A program made the translations under genes and the position numbers. The notes under the pieces are model-generated. The model did not search any database and was not told the DNA's origin. It saw only the letters and a list, made by a program, of their open reading frames with translations. 41,579 bases of DNA from a virus (lineage: Duplodnaviria; Heunggongvirae; Uroviricota; Caudoviricetes), in IMG/VR virus record IMGVR_UViG_2545824709_000014; one strand, given 5' to 3'. Of this stretch, positions 18,419 through 26,515 are shown piece after piece (position 1 is the stretch's first letter; the number at the start of each line of letters is the position of its first letter).

Positions 18419-19252
18419 TCAGCAATTGGTCAGAGTGTCAGCGGGGGCGTTACCGCCCGTTGCACGCTGGCGGTAGTCCTGGCGGCTGTCTTCATGGCTC
18501 AGCTTGTCCACCAGTTCGTTAAAGGCGGCCTGTTGTGCCTGCAGAACTGTCTCCAGCTCAGACAGACGTTCTTCCTGCTCAGAAAGGGATTTTTCGGTGC
18601 GCGCACTCAGGTTTTGCTGCTCAGTGGCGACCAGTTCCACGGCCTTATGCACATCAGAAAACCGGGCATCGTCGGACTGCTCTTTTTTTGTAAACAGCGC
18701 CGTGACACGGGCAAACAGGGACGGTTTGTCATCCTGGATTTCTTCCAGTTCGATCACCGTTTCCTCTGCGGCGGTAAAGAGATTGGCGGGATTCTGCTTG
18801 CGGTTTGCCAGCGGGTTATGGGCTGCGCTGGCGCTGAATGTCAGCATTTCCGTACCCAGACTGGCTGGATCATCAGTGGCAGCCAGGCCGACCAGGTAGG
18901 CTTTGCCCGTATCAGCAAACTTCGGGCTGACTTCCATAGAGGTGAATAATTTCTGGCCTTTTTTCACCAGTTCCACCAGGGACTCCGTTGGCTCAACGTC
19001 GGCATACAGTGCCATCTTGCCCGCCAGCGGACCCTCCGTGATTTCTTCAGCAAACAGCGCCGTCACCTTGCCGTAGCGGTTAAAGGTGCTGTCCGGCAGA
19101 TAAGACTTGATGTGCTCAAGGTTAATCAGCGCGGTATACACCGCCGGGTTGTAGCTGGCTGCCATCTGTTCCAGCCATTCACGCTGGATTTCGCGTCCGT
19201 CGGTGGTGGCACCTTCCACCCCGATGCGAAAACGCTTTGCTTTCACTGTCAT
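18419..19252 (-). CDS. O: Capsid scaffolding protein O
   Basis: 277 aa; first gene of the O-N-M-L operon, divergent from P. Confidence 0.8.
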   Translation of the reverse strand: MTVKAKRFRIGVEGATTDGREIQREWLEQMAASYNPAVYTALINLEHIKSYLPDSTFNRYGKVTALFAEEITEGPLAGKMALYADVEPTESLVELVKKGQKLFTSMEVSPKFADTGKAYLVGLAATDDPASLGTEMLTFSASAAHNPLANRKQNPANLFTAAEETVIELEEIQDDKPSLFARVTALFTKKEQSDDARFSDVHKAVELVATEQQNLSARTEKSLSEQEERLSELETVLQAQQAAFNELVDKLSHEDSRQDYRQRATGGNAPADTLTNC

Positions 19253-19330
19253 GAGCCGTGCTCCGTTAGAAATAACTTACTGGAGCCTTATGGTTGCGGT
19301 GATGGGGGCAGTGAAACAATGCGCGGTATT

Positions 19331-19348
19331 TGTACCGACAACCACACA
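19331..19348. promoter_or_regulatory. TGT-N12-ACA dyad (Ogr-type late promoter box) in the divergent O/P promoter region
   Basis: TGTACCGACAACCACACA in the 142-bp O-P intergenic region. Confidence 0.5.
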
Positions 19349-19394
19349 AACCGCAGGCGGGGAAAGCCTTCATTCAAGGCTGTAGGTTTGTGCC

Positions 19395-21161
19395 ATGAAC
19401 ACCACACTGACACCCGCAGATCTCGATCCCCGTCGGCAGGCCATGCTGCTGTACTTTCAGGGATACCGCGTAGCCCGCATTGCTGAAATGCTGGGCGAGA
19501 AAGTTGCAACCGTTCACAGCTGGAAAAAACGCGACAAGTGGGGTGACTATGGGCCGCTGGATCAGATGCAGCTCACCACCGCCGCACGCTACTGCCAGCT
19601 CATCATGAAGGAGCACAAAGAAGGGAAAGATTTCAAAGAGATTGACCTGCTGGCGCGCCAGTCTGAGCGCCACGCGCGGATCGGCAAGTTTAACAATGGC
19701 GGCAACGAAGCCGACTTAAACCCTAACGTCGCCAACCGCAACAAAGGCCCGCGCCGTCAGCCGGAAAAGAATGTCTTCACCGATGAACAGATTGAGAAGC
19801 TGGAAGAAATCTTCCATTCCTCCATGTTCAACTACCAGCGCCACTGGTGGGAAGCCGGAAAAACCAACCGCATCCGCAACCTGCTGAAGTCACGCCAGAT
19901 CGGCGCGACCTTTTACTTTGCCCGTGAAGCCCTGATTGACGCCCTGCTTACCGGACGTAACCAGATTTTCCTTTCCGCCAGTAAAGCACAGGCCCACGTC
20001 TTTAAGCAGTACATCATCGACTTCGCCAAAGAAGTCGAGGTGGAGCTGAAAGGCGATCCGATGGTGCTTCCTAACGGGGCCACGCTTTACTTCCTCGGCA
20101 CCAATGCCCGCACGGCCCAGAGTTACCACGGCAACCTGTATCTGGATGAATATTTCTGGATACCGAAATTCCAGGAGCTGCGCAAAGTGGCTTCCGGTAT
20201 GGCTATTCACAAAAAATGGCGACAAACCTATTTTTCCACGCCATCCAGCCTGACACACAGTGCTTATCCGTTCTGGTCCGGTGCGCTGTTTAACCGTGGG
20301 CGCAACAAAGCCGATAAGGTGGACATCGACCTGTCCCACAACAATCTGGCCCCCGGCTTGCTTTGCGCAGACGGGCAATACCGCCAGATAGTCACCGTGG
20401 AAGATGCGGTGCGCGGCGGCTGTAACCTGTTCGACCTCGACCAGCTACGCATGGAGTACAGCCCGGACGAATATCAGAACCTGCTGATGTGCGAGTTCGT
20501 GGACGATCTCGCGTCCGTGTTTCCGCTCAGCGAGCTGCAGGCGTGCATGGTGGACAGTTGGGAAGTCTGGACCGACTTTCATGCACTGGCCCTGCGCCCG
20601 TTTGGCTGGCGCGAAGTGTGGATCGGTTATGACCCGGCAAAAGGTACACAGAACGGCGACAGTGCCGGATGCGTGGTGGTGGCTCCGCCAGCCGTGCCGG
20701 GCGGCAAGTTCCGCATTCTTGAGCGTCACCAGTGGCGCGGAATGGACTTTCGCGCCCAGGCTGACGCCATCAAAAAACTGACCGAACAGTATAACGTGAC
20801 CTATATCGGCATCGACTCGACCGGCGTCGGTCACGGGGTTTACGAGAACGTGAAAGCGTTTTTTCCTGCCGTCCGGGAGTTTGTCTACAACCCCAACGTT
20901 AAAAACGCCCTGGTACTCAAGGCCTACGACATTATCAGCCACCGCCGTCTGGAGTTTGACGCCGGGCACACCGACATTGCGCAGTCATTCATGGCAATCC
21001 GTCGCGCCACAACCGCCAGCGGCAACCGCCCGACCTATGAAGCCAGCCGCAGCGAAGAAGCCAGCCACGCCGATCTGGCCTGGGCAACGATGCACGCACT
21101 GTTTAACGAACCGCTGCAGGGCGAATCCGCCAATATCAGCAATATTGTGGAGATTTTTTGA
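19395..21161 (+). CDS. P: Terminase ATPase (large) subunit P
   Basis: 588 aa; divergent from O, overlaps the Q start; size as P2 gpP. Confidence 0.85.
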   Translation: MNTTLTPADLDPRRQAMLLYFQGYRVARIAEMLGEKVATVHSWKKRDKWGDYGPLDQMQLTTAARYCQLIMKEHKEGKDFKEIDLLARQSERHARIGKFNNGGNEADLNPNVANRNKGPRRQPEKNVFTDEQIEKLEEIFHSSMFNYQRHWWEAGKTNRIRNLLKSRQIGATFYFAREALIDALLTGRNQIFLSASKAQAHVFKQYIIDFAKEVEVELKGDPMVLPNGATLYFLGTNARTAQSYHGNLYLDEYFWIPKFQELRKVASGMAIHKKWRQTYFSTPSSLTHSAYPFWSGALFNRGRNKADKVDIDLSHNNLAPGLLCADGQYRQIVTVEDAVRGGCNLFDLDQLRMEYSPDEYQNLLMCEFVDDLASVFPLSELQACMVDSWEVWTDFHALALRPFGWREVWIGYDPAKGTQNGDSAGCVVVAPPAVPGGKFRILERHQWRGMDFRAQADAIKKLTEQYNVTYIGIDSTGVGHGVYENVKAFFPAVREFVYNPNVKNALVLKAYDIISHRRLEFDAGHTDIAQSFMAIRRATTASGNRPTYEASRSEEASHADLAWATMHALFNEPLQGESANISNIVEIF

Positions 21162-22210
21162 TGGGAAAGAGTAAGAAAAACCGCGCTGCGGCGACGAATC
21201 AGCTCAAGCATAAAAGCCAAACTTCAGCCGAAGCATTCAGCTTCGGTGATCCCATTCCAGTACTTGACCGCCGCGAACTGCTGGACTATGTGGAATGCGT
21301 ACAGACAGATCGCTGGTATGAGCCGCCAGTAAGCTTTGACGGACTGGCGCGCACCTTCCGCGCTGCCGTGCATCACAGTTCACCAATTGCGGTGAAATGC
21401 AACATTCTGACCAGTACCTACATCCCTCACCCGCTGCTCAGCCAGCAGGCTTTTTCACGTTTTGTGCAGGACTATCTGGTATTTGGTAACGCCTACCTGG
21501 AGAAACGCACGAACCGCTTCGGTGAAGTTATCGCCCTTGAGCCTGCTATGGCAAAATACACCCGACGCGGGTTAGACCTGGATACCTACTGGTTTGTGCA
21601 ATACGGTATGACAACCCAGCCGTATCAGTTCACGAAAGGCAGCATTTTTCATCTGATGGAACCGGATATTAATCAGGAGATCTACGGCCTGCCCGGCTAT
21701 CTTTCTGCCATTCCATCCGCCCTGCTCAACGAATCCGCCACGCTGTTCCGCCGTAAGTATTACATCAACGGTAGTCATGCAGGCTTCATCATGTACATGA
21801 CCGACGCCGCGCAGAATCAGGAGGATGTGAACAACCTCCGCAACGCGATGAAAAGCGCCAAAGGTCCAGGCAACTTCCGCAATCTGTTTATGTACTCGCC
21901 TAACGGCAAAAAGGACGGACTTCAGATTATCCCATTGTCAGAAGTCGCGGCGAAGGATGAATTTCTTAATATCAAGAACGTGAGTCGGGATGACATGATG
22001 GCAGCGCACCGCGTGCCGCCTCAGATGATGGGGATTATGCCTAATAATGTTGGGGGGTTTGGGGATGTGGAGAAGGCGAGTCGAGTGTTTGTTCGAAATG
22101 AATTAATGCCTTTACAAAAACGATTACAGGAATTTAATGAATGGTTAGGAATTAATATTATCCATTTTGAAAAATATAACTTAATAAACGATGACCCACA
22201 ATCAACATAG
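21158..22210 (+). CDS. Q: Portal protein Q
   Basis: 350 aa; translationally coupled to P; the last ~40 codons are AT-rich, unlike the rest of the gene. Confidence 0.8.
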   Translation: MMGKSKKNRAAATNQLKHKSQTSAEAFSFGDPIPVLDRRELLDYVECVQTDRWYEPPVSFDGLARTFRAAVHHSSPIAVKCNILTSTYIPHPLLSQQAFSRFVQDYLVFGNAYLEKRTNRFGEVIALEPAMAKYTRRGLDLDTYWFVQYGMTTQPYQFTKGSIFHLMEPDINQEIYGLPGYLSAIPSALLNESATLFRRKYYINGSHAGFIMYMTDAAQNQEDVNNLRNAMKSAKGPGNFRNLFMYSPNGKKDGLQIIPLSEVAAKDEFLNIKNVSRDDMMAAHRVPPQMMGIMPNNVGGFGDVEKASRVFVRNELMPLQKRLQEFNEWLGINIIHFEKYNLINDDPQST

Positions 22211-22225
22211 ATAAAGCTTAATAAA

Positions 22226-22242
22226 GGAGGGGGAACCCCTCC
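22226..22242. terminator. Stem-loop between convergent Q and the S8 peptidase gene
   Basis: GGAGGGG-gaa-CCCCTCC perfect inverted repeat; T-rich flank on the minus strand. Confidence 0.5.
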
Positions 22243-22248
22243 ACATTG

Positions 22249-24456
22249 TTAAGTACGTAACATAATTTGCTGTTGAACTTGGATAGGCTGTAAGGTTTGA
22301 TATTTCTGCCTAATTAGGTTATATAAATCCGGCATTTCTTCAGCAGATAAAGTCACGACAAGAACATATGGTAGTTCTTCTAACTCGTCAACATCAATAG
22401 GCATACCACAGTCTCTACCATAGTAGATAATATCAAAGCATGGGTTTGTCAGCTCATTCGGTTTAAATTTGTGTTCACTTCTTAACGTAGTCTCCCATTT
22501 ATGTGCATCAACACGTTGCTCATTTTCATCTGCATAAACATTTTTTAGATTAAAAAGAGGAAACGTTAACCCGGAACTATCTGAAACACCTTTTCTCATG
22601 GTTACTTCTAGACCGCTTCTTGTATAATTCAAAGGATGTTCCGCATCTACAGGACTGGAAAAGCAGAATGTCGCTCTTAAATTTACACATCCACGCATAG
22701 GTACATCTGGAAACGGAATAGGTGCTCGCATGTGTTGTGATGGTTTTAAAGTACCTTGATATATAACTTTAACTTCATCATCATCACAAAATATTACTTC
22801 ACTAAGATCATGAGGAAATCGTCCCCAACCAACTTCAGCACGATTGATATTATTGCTCTCCGCATGATGTATAAGCAGAGCTTTAGCCGTAAGTGGTGTA
22901 ATGTTGTAATTTAGAGAAGCACTTAACGCGATTGCTTGCCTCAGGACTAATGGAGCTGAAAAGCTAGTCCCCGCAGTGCGGGCAAGACCATTAACCATAG
23001 GGCTGTATACCTGGAATGGCTCATCAGAATGTCCTCCAAATGCAACTCCATCAGGCTTCACAAAGCCAGGGCTTCGTCCAGGACCAATACAACTGTAAGA
23101 ACATCTTTCCCAACTATCAGATAAAGAGGTTGCTGCACCTACTGACAGACCATTAACTAAATCAGCAGGTGGTTGAATTCGATTTAACTTGGCAGGCAGC
23201 TGACCATCATTTCCAACCGCGACAGTACAAAGTGTTTCTCCTGATGCAAGTATCTCCTCAAGAGTTGAGGTCCACACATGCACGTCATCGTCATCAACAG
23301 GTAATCTAGGTCCTAAGCTCAGATTGATATAATCATATTTTTTTTGTTCTAATACACTTTTAATACGGATCAGAACGTCAAAAAGATCGACATCTGAGTT
23401 ATTAACATTGGAATCCAGTACACGATAATGGTCAATATTACAATAAGGAACACTTAATTTTTCCGTTTCAGAGCCAAGAACACCAAATAACACAGTAGAG
23501 GTGACATCCTGTCCATGAGAAAGAAGTTTTGCATTAGTACTAGCATTACCGTTGAAAGTGTACTCTGTTACCCAAGGATTGAAATCATCGATCCCCAATC
23601 CACCATCGAATATGGCAACCTTTATATGTGGGTTTACCGCTCCTTCAGATGGTAAACTAAGGTTAGATGTTTGAATCACAGAACGTGATATAACAGGCTC
23701 ACTTAGCCTTAATTCAGGAAGTTCTCTCAAAGTCCTGAGAAATGAAAACTCTGCAACTTTTAAAGCTACATCTTTACTAGCCTTAATAGGCATAAAGGTT
23801 AGCCCCTTAACCTTTATACTTCTTGCCTTATCTATAACAGCACCATTTTGCGAAGCAAAAACTTCAAAACTATCGACAATAGAGGAACTTGTATCAGGAG
23901 TATGTAAGGCGACCTCAATACTCATAACTTCATTGCTATTAATCGTTTTTACTTTATCTGAAACTTCCAGTATTGAAATATTTTCTAAGGTGACAAAATC
24001 ATTTTGCTGCCCTTTCGTTAGGGTATCTTGATTTACAGAGTCTAAGAATGATTGAAAACTTTCTTTTTTGCCAGAAACATAAATACACGCTGTAGTGTAT
24101 TCCTCTTTTCGCCCTCTTTTTTTAATATCTTTTCTAGGTTTTACTTTTACAGCCTTACTGCCTATGCTTTCTAGGGAAAATCGCTCAAAAAGACTTACTG
24201 GAAAATAACTTTTTGCTAAGAATGCCGGATGCAAAACAAATTTTGCTACAGCCTTACCTTCAGGCATTGCTAACAATGGAAGGGTATTAATTTCCTCAAT
24301 CAACTCTTCCAGTTGAGCAGATATCACTGGTTTATTTTCTGAATAAGAGTAAGGTTTATTCTTTTCACCTCCACCTCTGTTAAGTTTAACAGGGTTAGTT
24401 AGTGTTTCACCATAGCCAAGAAGCATATTTTTATCATTCATTGTCTTCATCCTCAA
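22249..24456 (-). CDS. Subtilisin-like (S8) serine peptidase with long N-terminal extension; candidate IetS-like defence protease
   Basis: 735 aa; S8 triad motifs VAIFDGGLG (Asp), SHGQDVTS (His), GTSFSAPLV (Ser); AT-rich; coupled to the upstream ATPase gene. Confidence 0.7.
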   Translation of the reverse strand: MRMKTMNDKNMLLGYGETLTNPVKLNRGGGEKNKPYSYSENKPVISAQLEELIEEINTLPLLAMPEGKAVAKFVLHPAFLAKSYFPVSLFERFSLESIGSKAVKVKPRKDIKKRGRKEEYTTACIYVSGKKESFQSFLDSVNQDTLTKGQQNDFVTLENISILEVSDKVKTINSNEVMSIEVALHTPDTSSSIVDSFEVFASQNGAVIDKARSIKVKGLTFMPIKASKDVALKVAEFSFLRTLRELPELRLSEPVISRSVIQTSNLSLPSEGAVNPHIKVAIFDGGLGIDDFNPWVTEYTFNGNASTNAKLLSHGQDVTSTVLFGVLGSETEKLSVPYCNIDHYRVLDSNVNNSDVDLFDVLIRIKSVLEQKKYDYINLSLGPRLPVDDDDVHVWTSTLEEILASGETLCTVAVGNDGQLPAKLNRIQPPADLVNGLSVGAATSLSDSWERCSYSCIGPGRSPGFVKPDGVAFGGHSDEPFQVYSPMVNGLARTAGTSFSAPLVLRQAIALSASLNYNITPLTAKALLIHHAESNNINRAEVGWGRFPHDLSEVIFCDDDEVKVIYQGTLKPSQHMRAPIPFPDVPMRGCVNLRATFCFSSPVDAEHPLNYTRSGLEVTMRKGVSDSSGLTFPLFNLKNVYADENEQRVDAHKWETTLRSEHKFKPNELTNPCFDIIYYGRDCGMPIDVDELEELPYVLVVTLSAEEMPDLYNLIRQKYQTLQPIQVQQQIMLRT

Positions 24457-25516
24457 CCGTCAAAACCTTACGTACTTGTGACCTTGAAATCCCCAAATCT
24501 AAAGCGATTTTTCTTTGTGATACATTGTTGTTTGACATGTTTTTTATAACATCATCAAGTGACACGCCATCTAACAACTCATCAATTAAAGCTGAACTTA
24601 AAGGAATATCTTCTATAATGGCATTTCTTTTAGCTTGATTTATAGCTCTCTCAAGAACTGCATATGAAACTTTTTCGAGTTTTGTAGCAATATAGTACGA
24701 TAAGCTATCTCCAATATTTTTAGAACAGAGATATCTTCTCATTAGGTCTTGTGTTGGATATTCAAAATCAATAACTCGATCGAATCTTCTCCATGCAGCA
24801 GGATCAAGCAGCTCCGCATGGTTAGTTGCTGCTATAAGAACAGACGTATTTGGCCATTCATCAATTGCTTGCAATAATACTGTAACTAATCTTTTTAGTT
24901 CTCCAACATCTGTTGCATCATCCCTTTTTTTAGCAATCGCATCAAATTCGTCAAGAAGCAGTACACAAGGGAATGACGAAGCATAATTGAGGACTGCCTT
25001 AATATTATTACCCGTTTTCCCCAAGTAGCTACTCATTACACTTGCGAGATCTAATGTTAACAATGGCATATCGAGTTTAAAAGCGAGCCACTTTGCAGCC
25101 AAAGTCTTCCCCACACCGGGTGGTCCTCCCATAAGAAGAGATTTGGACGGATGCAACCCTTCTTTATAAAGGCGTTCTTTCATTTCCCACTCAGCCACAA
25201 ATCGATTCAGTTGAACATCAGTTTTTGTTGGCCAAACAGGTTCAACATCAATGACCACAGGATATGTTTCAACTAGCAGCTTTTGTCTTGTATCCGCATC
25301 AACAGGTGTTATTTTAGGAACAACTGGATTAGCCCTTTCGACTGCAATTGCGCCACCTGTATTAATAAGTAAATCTTCTAATTTACCCGCTAATTCAGGA
25401 GATTCTTTTTTTAGTTTTTTTGCCATAATCCGCAACCGCATGAGGAGACTTTCCCTCTTCCCGGTAAGAGCATCACTGACAACATCAATGAGCATTTCGT
25501 TTGTAACGTTTATCAT
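24434..25516 (-). CDS. AAA+ ATPase with C-terminal HTH-like tail; candidate IetA-like defence ATPase
   Basis: 360 aa; Walker A GGPPGVGKT, Walker B VLLLDEFD; C-terminal QRKIALDLGISRSQVRKVL; AAGGGTGG SD upstream. Confidence 0.7.
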   Translation of the reverse strand: MINVTNEMLIDVVSDALTGKRESLLMRLRIMAKKLKKESPELAGKLEDLLINTGGAIAVERANPVVPKITPVDADTRQKLLVETYPVVIDVEPVWPTKTDVQLNRFVAEWEMKERLYKEGLHPSKSLLMGGPPGVGKTLAAKWLAFKLDMPLLTLDLASVMSSYLGKTGNNIKAVLNYASSFPCVLLLDEFDAIAKKRDDATDVGELKRLVTVLLQAIDEWPNTSVLIAATNHAELLDPAAWRRFDRVIDFEYPTQDLMRRYLCSKNIGDSLSYYIATKLEKVSYAVLERAINQAKRNAIIEDIPLSSALIDELLDGVSLDDVIKNMSNNNVSQRKIALDLGISRSQVRKVLTVEDEDNE

Positions 25517-25707
25517 CTAACCACCCTTATGGCAAAACCGAACCACTTTTCAAACAATCATACACCAAAAAAACCTTTTTAAGGTAATTTTGAACCAAAA
25601 AAAATATTTTTAGCACCACAAATGCTCATAACAAAACCAGTGACACTTTTGTATAACAACTAAAACTACCTATCGACAAAAATTTAGCTAAACCTTTTCA
25701 GCGCGCG

Positions 25708-25726
25708 CTCGTATCCCCGCCACGCC
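25708..25726 (-). other. Candidate cos (cohesive end) site
   Basis: Minus strand reads GGCGTGGCGGGGATACGAG; the first 13 nt match the GGCG(A/T)GGCGGGGA start of the P2/186 cohesive ends as I recall them. Confidence 0.35.
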
Positions 25727-25930
25727 TACCCGCTTTATGTAGTGGTTTTCATGCACCTGCATGATCTACGCAAAAGCCCACCAGTTCTGGCGGGCCTTAG
25801 CAAAAACGATCCTCAAACGATCATGCGATCTCATGCGGCATAGACATGCACTACAGAGCTAACGCCTCGCAAGGGCTCGTTGTTCAACCTTGCTGACGCC
25901 AGAAGCAAGTTCAGACGCCAGCAACGTTTC

Positions 25931-26164
25931 TTAATGCAACCAGCTGTCGTCTTCCCACACTTTCTGCATAATTTTCATCACTTGTTTTCTTTCTTCGTCC
26001 AGTTGCAGTCCGGTAAGTTCCACACCGTTAGAGCTACCTTTGCGGATACGAATTACCGTTTTTGGATATAGGGGGTGCAGGTTGCGGTAAAGCTCGGACT
26101 CCAGAGCGTCCAGGGTAGACTGGCTAATCTTCTGCTCTTTATCGATCATTATTTCAATGCGCAT
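25931..26164 (-). CDS. DinI-like protein
   Basis: From the internal Met: MRIEIMIDKEQKIS...VWEDDSWLH resembles DinI (MRIEVTIAK...WESADDW); GAGGTGA SD upstream of that ATG; ORF track start is 26236. Confidence 0.65.
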   Translation of the reverse strand: MRIEIMIDKEQKISQSTLDALESELYRNLHPLYPKTVIRIRKGSSNGVELTGLQLDEERKQVMKIMQKVWEDDSWLH

Positions 26165-26174
26165 AAAAGTCACC

Positions 26175-26363
26175 TCAGCTGATGACATCCATTGAGCGGT
26201 TGTATTCGTGGGTTCTGATTTTTGCCATGAGTTCATCTGTTAGTTCAGAAACCCACTGCAAAGCCAGCCCCTTCTCTTCATCACTACACTCACTAGCCGC
26301 TACAAGCTTAAGAAAAAAATCAATGCGCTGGAGCTTCAAAGACTCCAAAAAATAATCCTGCAT
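26175..26363 (-). CDS. Small hypothetical protein, first gene of the putative SOS-controlled operon
   Basis: 62 aa ORF immediately downstream of the LexA-box-like dyad and upstream of the DinI-like gene. Confidence 0.45.
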   Translation of the reverse strand: MQDYFLESLKLQRIDFFLKLVAASECSDEEKGLALQWVSELTDELMAKIRTHEYNRSMDVIS

Positions 26364-26405
26364 CTTTCCTCCTATGACACCAAAGCAATACTGTATACAT
26401 AACCA

Positions 26406-26421
26406 CTGTTTATATTTACAG
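26406..26421. promoter_or_regulatory. LexA (SOS) box-like dyad CTGT-N8-ACAG
   Basis: caCTGTttatatttACAGta, with a second TACTGTATAC half-site just upstream; sits before the 62-aa/DinI-like operon. Confidence 0.55.
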
Positions 26422-26515
26422 TATATAATAATCTTACTGATGTAAAACGTTTTTTTACGTTCATCAGCCTGATATGCCTGGTATTATTAAGAGCACGAAT
26501 TGTTAACCCGCGTAA

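Noticed and set aside
17860-18949. Plus-strand ORFs of 220, 151 and 131 aa
   Set aside because: Antisense to capsid gene N and scaffold gene O; no independent support.
19361-19378. cos-like string GCAGGCGGGGAAAGCC
   Set aside because: It sits in the O-P divergent promoter region, not at the Q-proximal position expected for cos; taken as chance resemblance.
20445-20969. 174-aa minus-strand ORF
   Set aside because: Antisense within terminase gene P.
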